Shown piece after piece: positions 1 to 9,463 of a DNA stretch of 64,000 nucleotides. Under the pieces are notes generated by a model. It saw nothing but the letters and a program-made list of their open reading frames with translations. It searched no databases and was not told the DNA's origin. Each line of letters opens with the position of its first letter. Within the stretch, counting starts at the first letter, position 1. Source of the DNA: Candidatus Sulfotelmatobacter sp. (GTDB taxonomy: Bacteria > Acidobacteriota > Terriglobia > Terriglobales > Acidobacteriaceae); NCBI GenBank assembly GCA_035309485.1, contig DATGFC010000041.1, forward strand, positions 5,426 through 69,425, in the 5' to 3' direction. The position numbers and the translations under genes were made by a program.

Positions 1-505
1 TCACTGATTTCAAGTACGCCAACACCGCCTTGGCGTCAGCTTCACTCATCCGGAAGGGCATCATGGGCAGGCGCAGAGGCTTGCCGTCGGTCCAAATGCC
101 GGTGGTCAGCAGCTTGATCATGTCCTGATCGCTGGCGGGAGGATCTCCGCCGATTCTCGGCGCTTTCAGCGGCCAATTCTCATCTGGATGTGGAGGCTGG
201 AAAAATTCCGACGCGCCTTCCAACTCGTGCGCATGATCCAGAGCGCCGTTGCCATCCCGCGGCGTGTGGCATTGCGGGCACATCGCGACGTTCTCCACCA
301 GGTACTTGCCGCGGGCAATCTCCGCTTGCGTGCTTGGGATCGGCGGCGCATTCGTCTTGTCACCCTTCTTCTGCGGCCTGGGCGGAGCTTGCGCCGCCAG
401 ACCAGCACACAAAAGCAGGCTCAGGATGGCTGATCCCAGGAAAGAAATCGTTGTTTGAAAGCAGGCAGACGCTGAACAGAATCGCGAGGACTTTTCTTGG
501 CTCAT
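1..505 (-). CDS. c-type cytochrome with signal peptide; partial, 3' end lies beyond the window edge
   Basis: My own minus-strand translation from the ATG at 505..503 reads MSQEKSSRFCSASACFQTTISFLGSAILSLLLCAGLAAQAPP...YLVENVAMCPQCHTPRDGNG...LPMMPFRMSEADAKAVLAYLKSV. It has one CxxCH haem motif (CPQCH). The frame stays open to position 2, so it is not in the ORF track. Confidence 0.75.
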   Translation of the reverse strand, partial: MSQEKSSRFCSASACFQTTISFLGSAILSLLLCAGLAAQAPPRPQKKGDKTNAPPIPSTQAEIARGKYLVENVAMCPQCHTPRDGNGALDHAHELEGASEFFQPPHPDENWPLKAPRIGGDPPASDQDMIKLLTTGIWTDGKPLRLPMMPFRMSEADAKAVLAYLKSV

Positions 506-624
506 CACTCGATCCCTGAAACGCAAGTTACAGAGAACCCGCAGGATAGGGAATCAGGAGGATCGTGTACGGCGGCGCCAAACCACGGCGTGGGACAGGT
601 TTTGGCGCAAATCGGCAGAACCGT

Positions 625-653
625 CGAGCGGCAATCGGCGGGATTGCCGCTCG
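625..653 (-). terminator. Terminator-like hairpin just downstream of rplS
   Basis: 12-bp stem cgagcggcaatc / gattgccgctcg with a 5-nt loop, 7 nt past the rplS stop. There is no clear U-tract. Confidence 0.35.
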
Positions 654-659
654 TGAAAC

Positions 660-1019
660 TTAAGCCTGAGTGGTCTTCTCGACATCCCGCAGGCGAGCCG
701 CTTTGCCACGCAGTCCGCGGAGATAGAACAGGCGTGCCCGGCGCACTTTCGACGAGCGCACCAGGTCCACTTTATCGATCACCTTCGAATGGAGCGGAAA
801 GATGCGCTCCACACCCTGCCCAAAGCTGATCTTGCGCACGGTGAAACTGGCTTGCGGGCCGTTATCGCGCTTGATCACGACGCCTTCGAAGGCCTGGACA
901 CGTTCTTTGTCGCCTTCCTTGATCTTGACGTGTACGCGCACGGTATCGCCGGGACGAAACGCAGGAAGATCGGTGCGCTGGGTTTTCGCCAGCAATTTTT
1001 CGATGATTAAGTTTGACAT
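660..1019 (-). CDS. rplS: 50S ribosomal protein L19
   Basis: 119-aa ORF with a typical L19 sequence ([29 protein letters not shown]). It is the last gene of the conserved trmD operon. Confidence 0.95.
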   Translation of the reverse strand: MSNLIIEKLLAKTQRTDLPAFRPGDTVRVHVKIKEGDKERVQAFEGVVIKRDNGPQASFTVRKISFGQGVERIFPLHSKVIDKVDLVRSSKVRRARLFYLRGLRGKAARLRDVEKTTQA

Positions 1020-1059
1020 AGCTTAGTCCTTGGTCGTTGTTTCTAAAGCTTAACAGGTA

Positions 1060-1866
1060 TTACTGAGCACTATTTCTGAGACGCGACAGAATTTTCTTAT
1101 CTTCGGCGTTCAGTTCCACTTGGTCGAGCAAGTCTGGACGGTTGCGCAATGTCTTCTTCAGCGCCTCTTCGCGGCGCCAGCGGCGAATCTCCAAATGATT
1201 GCCGTTCAACAGCACTTCCGGAACTGCCATCCCGCGAAAGTCCGCGGGACGCGTATAGTGCGGATAATCGAGCAATCCGCCGGAGCCGCATGTTGAGTCT
1301 GCTCCCTGCACATCTGCGGACGCGTGCGCCGTGAACGACTCTTGCCGCGTCGAAGCTTCGTTGCCGACGGCACCCGGCAGCAGCCGGGTTACGGCCTCGA
1401 GCATCACCGCCGCAGCCAGTTCTCCTCCGCTCAGCACGTAATCGCCGATCGACACCTCCCGGTCGGCGAGGAATTCGGTCACCCGCTCATCCACACCCTC
1501 GTAGCGGCCGCAGATCAGCACGATGCGATCGAGCGACGAGAGCTCCGCGGCCATGGCCTGCGTGAACCTTTGCCCCTGCGCCGAAAGCACGATCACACTT
1601 TCCTTTGCAGCGCCAGCCACCCGTTCGTCGCGAGGGCCAAGACCGAGCGTTTCTAAACATTCAAAGATCGGTTCCGGCTTCAGCAGCATGCCTTCGCCGC
1701 CACCGAAAGGGCGGTCATCCACGGTGCGGTGACGGTCGTGCGTGAACTGCCGCAGGTCGTGGACTTCGATTTTTACCAGGCCCATCTCGCAGGCCCGGCG
1801 CGTAATCCCGTGATCCAGCGGTCCGCGAAAGAAGTCCGGAAAGATCGTTACGATGTCGGCCTTCAT
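1060..1866 (-). CDS. trmD: tRNA (guanine37-N1)-methyltransferase
   Basis: The ORF 1060..1884 contains MKADIVTIFPDFF...LICGRYEGVDERV...SIGDYVLSGGELAA, which are TrmD hallmarks. I chose the start at the MKAD Met (1866). Confidence 0.93.
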   Translation of the reverse strand: MKADIVTIFPDFFRGPLDHGITRRACEMGLVKIEVHDLRQFTHDRHRTVDDRPFGGGEGMLLKPEPIFECLETLGLGPRDERVAGAAKESVIVLSAQGQRFTQAMAAELSSLDRIVLICGRYEGVDERVTEFLADREVSIGDYVLSGGELAAAVMLEAVTRLLPGAVGNEASTRQESFTAHASADVQGADSTCGSGGLLDYPHYTRPADFRGMAVPEVLLNGNHLEIRRWRREEALKKTLRNRPDLLDQVELNAEDKKILSRLRNSAQ

Positions 1867-1930
1867 TTGCGAACCCAAACCCAAAAACCTTCACCACAGA
1901 GAACGCGGAGGACACTGAAAAATTTCCTGT

Positions 1931-2581
1931 CTACCTCGGCTTCGTCTTCGAAACCTTCCCCTGCTTCTCTTTCTCCTCCGCTGTCAGCGGCGCGTTGATT
2001 TCCAGCATGCCCTCGGGAAGATTCATCCGCACCTGCCTGCTGCGCGTTTCCACAGCTTCCAGGTACGCCTCGGCGAACGGCACGTCGAACTTCTTGCCCG
2101 CCTTATCCGCCACGATCAGCAGCGGCGCTTCACCGGCTCCAAACTGAACATCTTCGATGACCCCGACCGGCTGGCCGTGGTCAAGCACAGCACACCCCAC
2201 CAGATCGGTGATGTAATTCCAGCTCTGCTCAAGCTGCGCGCGTTCGCTGCTCGGAACCTGTAATTCCGATCCAATCAGCCCTTCAGCGTCCGACATCGAA
2301 TCCACGCCTCGAAATTTCAGAACCAGCAGCCCTTTGTGAGGCCACAATTCTTCAATTTCCACCTCGCGGCGTCCATCTTCTGTTCGTCCCAGCGCCAGTA
2401 ATTTCATCCCTGGAGCGAAGCGGTCCGGAACATCTGTGTGAACCTCAGCCGCAATCTCACCGCGCCGGCCTTGCGTCTTCACCACGCGAGCCAGCGTAAT
2501 GAATGCGCCGCTCGGATCGAAATCAGGTGGCCCATTTCTCGCCTCTTGTGCGAGAAGTGGAGATCTTTTGCTCTCCGTCAC
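1931..2581 (-). CDS. rimM: 16S rRNA processing protein RimM
   Basis: 216-aa ORF lying between the KH-protein gene and trmD. It has a RimM-like N-terminal barrel (ITLARVVKTQGRRGEIAAEV) and a PRC-barrel tail. Confidence 0.88.
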   Translation of the reverse strand: MTESKRSPLLAQEARNGPPDFDPSGAFITLARVVKTQGRRGEIAAEVHTDVPDRFAPGMKLLALGRTEDGRREVEIEELWPHKGLLVLKFRGVDSMSDAEGLIGSELQVPSSERAQLEQSWNYITDLVGCAVLDHGQPVGVIEDVQFGAGEAPLLIVADKAGKKFDVPFAEAYLEAVETRSRQVRMNLPEGMLEINAPLTAEEKEKQGKVSKTKPR

Positions 2582-2587
2582 GACGCT

Positions 2588-2830
2588 CTACTCGATAATC
2601 TCGAGTTGATAGCGCTTGTGCGCCCGATAACCGGCCGCGCTCAGCAGCGCGCGCAGCGCACGCGCCGTGCGTCCCTGGCGGCCGATCACTTTGCCGACAT
2701 CGTTCTCGGCCACTTCCAGTTCGATCATGCCATCGTCGAACTGCTCGACGAAGACTTCATCCGGCGCATCCACCAGATTCTTCGCAATCAGTTCGACCAG
2801 CGTGCGCACATCTCCGGAAGACTCAGTCAT
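2588..2830 (-). CDS. KH domain-containing RNA-binding protein (YlqC/UPF0109-like)
   Basis: 80 aa with the GKVIGRQGRTARALR KH motif, in the conserved position between rpsP and rimM. Confidence 0.88.
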   Translation of the reverse strand: MTESSGDVRTLVELIAKNLVDAPDEVFVEQFDDGMIELEVAENDVGKVIGRQGRTARALRALLSAAGYRAHKRYQLEIIE

Positions 2831-2909
2831 AGTGTCCCATTCTCAATGTGGATGAGTTGGATCCGCGGTACAGGAGTCGTCAGCCGCCATGGCTGCACTC
2901 GAGCGGCGT

Positions 2910-3161
2910 CTAGGCTGCCGGAGCCGGGGCGGCGGCCGGAGCCTTCGAGTAGAGCTTGTTCACTCGCTCCGACATTTGCGCGCCCTTCGATACCCAATAA
3001 TCCACGCGTTCGCGCTTCAGTTCGATGCTGGCAGGATTGGTGCGGGGATTGTAAGTTCCCACCACTTCCACCGGACGGCCGTTACGCGCGCGGGCCTTCT
3101 CAATGACCACAATGCGATAGTGCGGTTGTTTGCGCGCACCCATGCGCGCCAGGCGAATCAT
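2910..3161 (-). CDS. rpsP: 30S ribosomal protein S16
   Basis: MIRLARMGARKQPHYRIVVIEKARARNGRPVEVVGTYNP is a canonical S16 N-terminus. The track ORF extends upstream to 3293, but that extension does not look like protein. A GTG two codons upstream (3167) is an alternative start. Confidence 0.92.
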   Translation of the reverse strand: MIRLARMGARKQPHYRIVVIEKARARNGRPVEVVGTYNPRTNPASIELKRERVDYWVSKGAQMSERVNKLYSKAPAAAPAPAA

Positions 3162-3366
3162 TAACACGAGACGTATATCCTTGTTCCGGAAGAGTCCGGC
3201 GAGATCGAGACAAACTATTATTATGCAGGAGGTTAGGCCCAAAGGCAAGCCGTCCCTCGTGGCCGGCAGAGTCGAGCACGCCTGAATCCTCAATGGTCCT
3301 TGGAGAGAGTCCTTCGCAATTTTGCGTTATCCTTGTCACCCGGTCGCCACTCGCCGGATTTTCAGC

Positions 3367-4890
3367 ATGCGATTCCCTCGTGCCAGCGGCATTCTGCTCC
3401 ACCCCACTTCTCTTCCCGGTCCATTTGGGATCGGCGATTTCGGCGCCGAGGCTGTCGCTTTTGTCGATTTTCTCAAAGATGCCGGACAAAAGATGTGGCA
3501 GGTATTGCCACTGAATCCCACCGGATACGGCGATTCCCCTTTTCAGTGTTTCTCCGCGCATGCGGGAAATCATCTGCTGATCAGCCTCGAAAAGCTGCGG
3601 CAAGACGGAATTCTCGAACCGGAGGACTTCCGCGACCAACCCGAGTTTCCGCTGGATCACGTCGATTTCGGCCGAGTCATCGCCTGGAAGACGCCTCTGC
3701 TGAAGAAGGCTGCCGCCCGATTTCTCGCTCACGCCAGTGGAAGCGACCGGCACGAATTTGAGGAGTTTCGGGCAGGGAATGTATCCTGGCTACGTGATTT
3801 TGCTCCCTTCATGGCCTGCAAGGAAGAGCAGGGGGGGATCGCATGGAATAAGTGGCCGCGTGAGATTGCACAGCGCACTCCAGAAGGCTTGCGTACAGCC
3901 AGTGCACGCCTGGGCGAATCGGTGCGCGCCGTCGAGTATTGGCAATTTGAGTTCTTTCGAGAATGGCAGCGGTTGCGCAGCTATGCGCGCGAACGCGGAA
4001 TTAGCATCATCGGCGACATTCCCATCTACGTCGCTCTCGATAGCGCGGATGTGTGGACGAATCGCGAGTACTTCCAGTTATCGCAGGAGGGGCAGCCCTT
4101 GAAAATCGCCGGCGTACCTCCCGACTATTTCAGCGCTACCGGGCAATGCTGGGGAAATCCGATTTACCGCTGGGATAAGCTCAAGCAGGATGGCTATGGC
4201 TGGTGGGTCGAGCGTTTTCGCGCGGCACTGGAACTCTATGACGCGGTGCGCATCGATCACTTCCGCGGCTTCGAGGCGTACTGGGAAATTCCTGGGAACG
4301 AAACTACGGCGGTCCACGGAGAATGGGTGAAAGGTCCGGGCGCCGAATTGTTCGCGGTGCTCGAGCGTGAATTCGGCAATCTGCCCATTATTGCGGAAAA
4401 CCTCGGCGTGATTACCCCTGAGGTCGAGGCCATACGCCATCGTTTCCACTTCCCCGGCATGGCGATCCTGCAATTTGCCTTCGGCAAAGATCCGCAAGGG
4501 CCTTCATTCCGCCCGCATAATTATGCGCGCGAACTAGCTGCCTACACGGGAACGCATGACAATGATACGACCGTGGGTTGGTGGACGAGTTCCGGCGCAA
4601 CCGATAGCACGCGGACCGCGGAAGACGTCGCCAAAGAACAAGCCTTCGCGCGTGCCTATCTGAATCTTAAAGATGATCCGATCCAATGGGTGATGATCCG
4701 AACCATTCACGCATCCATCGCCGATCTTGCCATCGTTCCGTTACAGGACGTGCTGGGCCTGGGCAGCGACGCGCGTATGAATCTGCCCGGGACTTCCAGC
4801 GGAAACTGGCGCTGGCGGTTCAAGCCCGGCGCGCTCACGCTGGAACACGCGAAAAAATTGCGGGAGCTGGTTTTGCTGTACGATCGCTAG
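3367..4890 (+). CDS. malQ: 4-alpha-glucanotransferase (amylomaltase, GH77)
   Basis: MRFPRASGILLHPTSLPGPFGIGDFG...DHFRGF...TGTHDNDT are GH77 signatures. The start was moved to the Met at 3367 within ORF 3322..4890. Confidence 0.92.
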   Translation: MRFPRASGILLHPTSLPGPFGIGDFGAEAVAFVDFLKDAGQKMWQVLPLNPTGYGDSPFQCFSAHAGNHLLISLEKLRQDGILEPEDFRDQPEFPLDHVDFGRVIAWKTPLLKKAAARFLAHASGSDRHEFEEFRAGNVSWLRDFAPFMACKEEQGGIAWNKWPREIAQRTPEGLRTASARLGESVRAVEYWQFEFFREWQRLRSYARERGISIIGDIPIYVALDSADVWTNREYFQLSQEGQPLKIAGVPPDYFSATGQCWGNPIYRWDKLKQDGYGWWVERFRAALELYDAVRIDHFRGFEAYWEIPGNETTAVHGEWVKGPGAELFAVLEREFGNLPIIAENLGVITPEVEAIRHRFHFPGMAILQFAFGKDPQGPSFRPHNYARELAAYTGTHDNDTTVGWWTSSGATDSTRTAEDVAKEQAFARAYLNLKDDPIQWVMIRTIHASIADLAIVPLQDVLGLGSDARMNLPGTSSGNWRWRFKPGALTLEHAKKLRELVLLYDR

Positions 4891-4916
4891 ATTCACGCAC
4901 GCGGGGGCATGGTCGC

Positions 4917-6293
4917 ATGGAAAAGCCGCAGCGCAGCCTCTCTCAGTTGCTCAACATGAGCTTCGGATTCCTCGGCATTCAGTTCGGCTGGGGGCTCCAG
5001 ATGGCCAACATGAGCCCCATCTATGAATACCTGGGCGCGCGGGCAGATCAGCTTGCGTATTTGTGGCTGGCAGCGCCGATCACCGGCCTGCTCGTGCAGC
5101 CAATTATCGGCCATGCCAGCGATCGTACTTGGGGACCGCTTGGCCGCCGGCGGCCCTATTTCCTGACCGGCGCAGTTCTGAGTTCGGCAGCGTTGATCCT
5201 GATGCCGCGCAGCTCGACGCTTTGGATGGCTGCCGGACTGCTCTGGATCCTCGACGCTTCCATCAACATCAGCATGGAGCCCTTCCGCGCATTCGTGGCG
5301 GACTTACTGCCGGAATCGCAGCGCACACGCGGATTCGTCATGCAGAGTTTCTTTATTGGCCTGGGAGCCGTTTTCGCTTCGGCCATGCCTTACATCCTGA
5401 CGCACTGGTTCTCCATAAGCGATACCGCCGGATCCGCGTCGGCAATTCCTTACACCGTGCGCCTGTCTTTCTACCTGGGCGCGGCGGTTTTCTTCGTGGC
5501 GGTGCTTTACACCATTCTTACGACGAAGGAATATCCGCCGGACGATTTAGCCGAGTTCGAACGGCGGAAGAAAGACCGGCACGGGCTCGGCAGCAACGTC
5601 TCCGACATTCTCACAGCCATTCGCACCATGCCCCGCACCATGCGCCACCTTGCGCCCGTGCAGTTCTGCACCTGGCTGGGACTGTTCTGCATGTGGCTGT
5701 TCTTCGGAGTCGCCGTGGCCCGCAGCGTTTTTGGGGCGACGTCGCCACAGTCTCCGGGATATACCGAAGGCGTGAAGTGGGGCGGCATTTGCTTCGCCGT
5801 CTACTCGGCGGTGACGTTTCTGTTCGCCATGGTGCTGCCGCGAATCGCCGATGCGCTGGGGCGCAAAGCTACCCATTCCTTGTGCCTGGCCTGTGGTGGA
5901 GTGGGGCTACTTTCAGTGGCGGTCATTCACAATCCATGGGTGCTGTTTGGCCCCATGATTGGAGTCGGCATTGCCTGGGCGAGCATTCTTTCCATGCCCT
6001 ATGCCGTGCTGGTTGGCGCGTTGCCGCCGGACCGTTTTGGGGTCTACATGGGAATTTTTAACGCCTTCATCGTGATCCCCGAAATCATTGCGGGCGCCTT
6101 CTTCAACCGTGTGGTGAGCTTCCTGATTCCGCGCTTGCCCGCCACACTGGATGTGAGGCTTGCGGTCGTAATGATTGGCGGCGGAGCACTGTTACTGGCG
6201 GCTTTGCTAATGCTCAGAGTAGAAGAGAGCAGCCAGCCGGAACCTGCGGCTCGAGAGGTAGTCGCGCGCGATATAGTGGTCGCGAAAGCTTGA
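4917..6293 (+). CDS. MFS sugar transporter (GPH/SLC45-like, probable maltose/maltodextrin or sucrose symporter)
   Basis: Polytopic membrane protein with [28 protein letters not shown] and the GRRRPYF motif. It lies between malQ and a GH13 gene. The ATG at 4917 is the first plausible start. Confidence 0.8.
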   Translation: MEKPQRSLSQLLNMSFGFLGIQFGWGLQMANMSPIYEYLGARADQLAYLWLAAPITGLLVQPIIGHASDRTWGPLGRRRPYFLTGAVLSSAALILMPRSSTLWMAAGLLWILDASINISMEPFRAFVADLLPESQRTRGFVMQSFFIGLGAVFASAMPYILTHWFSISDTAGSASAIPYTVRLSFYLGAAVFFVAVLYTILTTKEYPPDDLAEFERRKKDRHGLGSNVSDILTAIRTMPRTMRHLAPVQFCTWLGLFCMWLFFGVAVARSVFGATSPQSPGYTEGVKWGGICFAVYSAVTFLFAMVLPRIADALGRKATHSLCLACGGVGLLSVAVIHNPWVLFGPMIGVGIAWASILSMPYAVLVGALPPDRFGVYMGIFNAFIVIPEIIAGAFFNRVVSFLIPRLPATLDVRLAVVMIGGGALLLAALLMLRVEESSQPEPAAREVVARDIVVAKA

Positions 6294-6339
6294 TTTGACG
6301 ATTTGAGAAAATGCGCCGCCGCAAGCATGGATAAAGTCA

Positions 6340-6609
6340 ATGGCGAAAAAGAAAGCTGCCAAAATTCCGCCGAAACTCACAGATCCTGAAGAGGACCTTC
6401 TTTTGCACCTGAAGCAAGGCTACCAACTCGAAACCGACTTGCTCGGCGGGGAACCGGTTCTGCGCCGCGTGAAAGATAATGAAGCAATCCGCCCTACGTC
6501 GGTCAACCGAAGTACCGTTCAGGCATTGCAAGACCGCGGGTTGATCCGAAGCGCCAAAGGTCGCGATCCGCTCACGCTAACCTGGAGCCTGAACAAGAAA
6601 GCGACGTGA
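6340..6609 (+). CDS. Hypothetical small protein (89 aa)
   Basis: Intact ORF in an otherwise gene-free gap. It is basic at the N- and C-termini. I recognised no family. Confidence 0.45.
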   Translation: MAKKKAAKIPPKLTDPEEDLLLHLKQGYQLETDLLGGEPVLRRVKDNEAIRPTSVNRSTVQALQDRGLIRSAKGRDPLTLTWSLNKKAT

Positions 6610-6653
6610 TTCTCGGAGCGCAGTGTGACCGCGGCCGGCTTCTCGCCGAGCTT

Positions 6654-8498
6654 ATGACTAATCGGAAGACCTCAGCACCGTCGCTGATCCTGTTTCTACT
6701 TCTAGCCTTTTCAGCCGGCGTTTTTGGCCAGGCCCCCGTCGTACGTAAAGTCGAGCCCCCGAACTGGTGGACCCGCATCACTCCGGAGCTGACGTTGCTA
6801 TTAACCGGTGAAAACCTTCGCGGCGTGCAAGTCGAGAGCGCAACCGGCGGCGTGGACGTTTTGGACTTTCAATCTTCCTCGAACGGGCACTATGTCTTCG
6901 TTCATCTGCAGTTGAGTCCAGAGTTGCCCGCCGGAAATATGGCGTTGCGGGTAGTCACGCCCTCAGGTTCTGTTCCCGTCCAACTACCGGTAGCACCTCG
7001 CGCCGCAATGAAGGGCCGCTTCGAAGGCGTTTCTCAGGACGACGTCATTTACCTCATCATGCCCGACCGCTTTGCCGACGGCGATGCAGGCAACGACCGT
7101 CCATCAAAGTCCATAGGAAAATATGACCGCAGTGACCCCATGGCCTACCACGGCGGCGACCTTCGGGGGATTCGCGAGCAGCTTACGTACCTGCACGATC
7201 TCGGAGTCACCACTCTCTGGCTCACCCCGGTTTGGAAAAACACCGATTCGGACTACCACGGTTACCACGTCGTAGATTTCTATGCGCTCGACGATCACAT
7301 GGGCTCGATGCAGGAATACCATGACCTTGTCGCGGACGCTCACCAGTTGGGCATGAAGGTGCTGATCGATTATGTTGCGAATCATACCGGCCCCCATCAT
7401 CCATGGGCCGACGATCCGCCAACCGCAACGTGGTTCCATGGATCGCCTTCGAATCATCTTGAGCCGGCTTATACTTTCGCCGGGATCGTAGATCCCCACG
7501 CCTCGGCGCGCGAATACCGCAAAACACTGGAAGGATGGTTCGTAAATAAGCTTCCGGATTTGAACCCGGATGACCCTCGCCTGGGTGTGTACCTCGCGCA
7601 AAATGCGATATGGTGGACGGAAATGGCACAACTGGATGGATTCCGCCTCGATACATTCCCTTACTCGTCGCGAGAATTCTGGAGCCGTTGGCACGAGGGC
7701 GTGCGGCAAGTCTATCCACACATCAAAAGCATTGGAGAAGTGGCAGATGCCGACCCGACCATCACTGCGTTTTTTGAGGGTGGACGAAAGCAGTTCGACG
7801 GAATCGACTCCGGACTGGCGACCGTCTTCGATTTTCCTCTGGAAAACGCATTGCGGGAGGTTGTGATCGCCGGAGCGCCGATGCAGAAGATCGTGGACGT
7901 ACTGCAGCGCGACGGCCTGTACCCACATCCCGAAACGCTGATCACCTTCTTCGGCAATCACGACCATTCGCGCTTCATCAGCGAGAAAGGCAGTGATGCG
8001 GCCAAACTGAAGGCGGCGTTCTCGCTACTATTGACCCTGCGTGGCATTCCGCAAATTTATTCCGGCGACGAGATCGGCATGCCCGGAGGCGCCGATCCCG
8101 ATAACCGGCGGGACTTCCCCGGCGGCTTTCCCGGCGATCCGCATAACGCATTTACCGCCGCGGGACGGAGTCCAGAGCAGCAAGATATCTTTGCGCACGT
8201 GCAGTCCTTGCTGGCGCTGCGGAGAGCGCATGCCGCGCTGCGAACCGGAAAGCAGTGGCACATCGGCTGGGATGAGAGCTATTATGCGTTCCTGCGCGAA
8301 TTGCCTGAAGAAAGATTCCTTGTCATCTACAACAACGCCGCGATCGCCCGAGACCTGAAGATTCCGCTGGAGGATACGCCGATCGAACAGGCGCATGGAT
8401 TGCAGCCTGTATTCGGCGATGCTTCCGCTAATATTGCAGAGCACGAAGCACGCATAAAGCTGGCGGCTCATTCGCTGACAGTATTCCAGGTCCGCTAG
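6654..8498 (+). CDS. Secreted alpha-amylase family glycoside hydrolase (GH13, cyclomaltodextrinase/neopullulanase-like)
   Basis: Signal peptide MTNRKTSAPSLILFLLLAFSAGVFGQ. The conserved GH13 regions are present: DYVANH, DGFRLDTF, GEVAD and FFGNHD. Confidence 0.9.
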   Translation: MTNRKTSAPSLILFLLLAFSAGVFGQAPVVRKVEPPNWWTRITPELTLLLTGENLRGVQVESATGGVDVLDFQSSSNGHYVFVHLQLSPELPAGNMALRVVTPSGSVPVQLPVAPRAAMKGRFEGVSQDDVIYLIMPDRFADGDAGNDRPSKSIGKYDRSDPMAYHGGDLRGIREQLTYLHDLGVTTLWLTPVWKNTDSDYHGYHVVDFYALDDHMGSMQEYHDLVADAHQLGMKVLIDYVANHTGPHHPWADDPPTATWFHGSPSNHLEPAYTFAGIVDPHASAREYRKTLEGWFVNKLPDLNPDDPRLGVYLAQNAIWWTEMAQLDGFRLDTFPYSSREFWSRWHEGVRQVYPHIKSIGEVADADPTITAFFEGGRKQFDGIDSGLATVFDFPLENALREVVIAGAPMQKIVDVLQRDGLYPHPETLITFFGNHDHSRFISEKGSDAAKLKAAFSLLLTLRGIPQIYSGDEIGMPGGADPDNRRDFPGGFPGDPHNAFTAAGRSPEQQDIFAHVQSLLALRRAHAALRTGKQWHIGWDESYYAFLRELPEERFLVIYNNAAIARDLKIPLEDTPIEQAHGLQPVFGDASANIAEHEARIKLAAHSLTVFQVR

Positions 8499-8521
8499 TT
8501 CGGATGAAGAAAAGGTGATTT

Positions 8522-9463
8522 ATGAGCACTCGTCGGCAATTTCTGCAGATCGTCTCGTCCGCGGCTCTGGCGAACGCGGTTTCGCCGCTGCTGTTCGCAA
8601 AAGAGGAAGTCAGCCGCATTCCCATCGCGTTTTCCACGCTCGGCTGCCCCGCTTGGGACTGGCCGAAGATCCTTGAGTTCGCTCACCAGCACGGGTTTTC
8701 CGCCATTGAATTGCGAGGTCTCAAAGGGAAAATGGATCTTCCCTCGGATCCGCAATTCTCAGCGGACCGCATCGAGCAGAGCAAGAAAGATATTCACACC
8801 GCCGGCCTGCGCATTGCCTGCGTCAGCAGTTCAGCGCAGTTGTACGTGGAAGATCCCCCCAAGCGGGAGAAGGAACTGGCAGACGCGCGCCGTTTCATCG
8901 ATCTGGCGGGCACGCTTGGAGCGCCGTACGTCCGCGTCTTCGGCGGCAAGGCCGAAAACGACAAGAATCCCGCTCCCGACGATGCCACCAAAAAGCGTGT
9001 AGCCGCGGGTCTGCGCGAACTCGGAACCTACGCTGCGCCCCACAATGTCACCGTCATCATCGAGTCGCACGACCACTTCACGTCCTCGGCGACTCTGAAA
9101 GATGTTCTGACCGCGGCCGATTCCGAACATGTCGGCCTGCTTTGGGACGCTCACCACACCTTTGCCACTTCCAACGAAGAGCCCGAATTCACGGTCAAGC
9201 AACTCGGCTCCTGGATTCGTCACACCCACCTGAAAGACTCAGTGGGCACCGGTGAAGACCGTAAGTATGTTCTGACCGGCCGCGGAACTGTCCCCATCCA
9301 GCGGCAGATTGCGGCTCTACGCTCGATCAACTACAAGGGGTTCTATTGCTTCGAGTGGGAAAAGGTCTGGCATCCGGACCTCACCGATCCGGAAATCGCC
9401 ATCGCAGACTACGCTCGTGTAGTTGGCCAATGCCTGGGGGACGCGCACGCCTGCGGTCTTTAA
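8522..9463 (+). CDS. Sugar phosphate isomerase/epimerase family (xylose-isomerase-like TIM barrel) with TAT signal
   Basis: MSTRRQFLQIVSSAALANA is a twin-arginine leader. The body resembles the AP-endonuclease-2/xylose-isomerase-like barrel (VIIESHD...HLKD). Confidence 0.8.
   Translation: MSTRRQFLQIVSSAALANAVSPLLFAKEEVSRIPIAFSTLGCPAWDWPKILEFAHQHGFSAIELRGLKGKMDLPSDPQFSADRIEQSKKDIHTAGLRIACVSSSAQLYVEDPPKREKELADARRFIDLAGTLGAPYVRVFGGKAENDKNPAPDDATKKRVAAGLRELGTYAAPHNVTVIIESHDHFTSSATLKDVLTAADSEHVGLLWDAHHTFATSNEEPEFTVKQLGSWIRHTHLKDSVGTGEDRKYVLTGRGTVPIQRQIAALRSINYKGFYCFEWEKVWHPDLTDPEIAIADYARVVGQCLGDAHACGL

Noticed and set aside
5063-6061. 332-aa plus-strand ORF in an alternative frame inside the MFS transporter gene.
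   Set aside because: It is Arg/His/Gly-rich and not membrane-like. The overlapping frame encodes a coherent 12-transmembrane transporter.
9460-9463. Convergent genes sharing overlapping stop codons (TTAA).
   Set aside because: This is a real feature of the sequence, but it is a trivial consequence of tight packing and I see no evidence of function.
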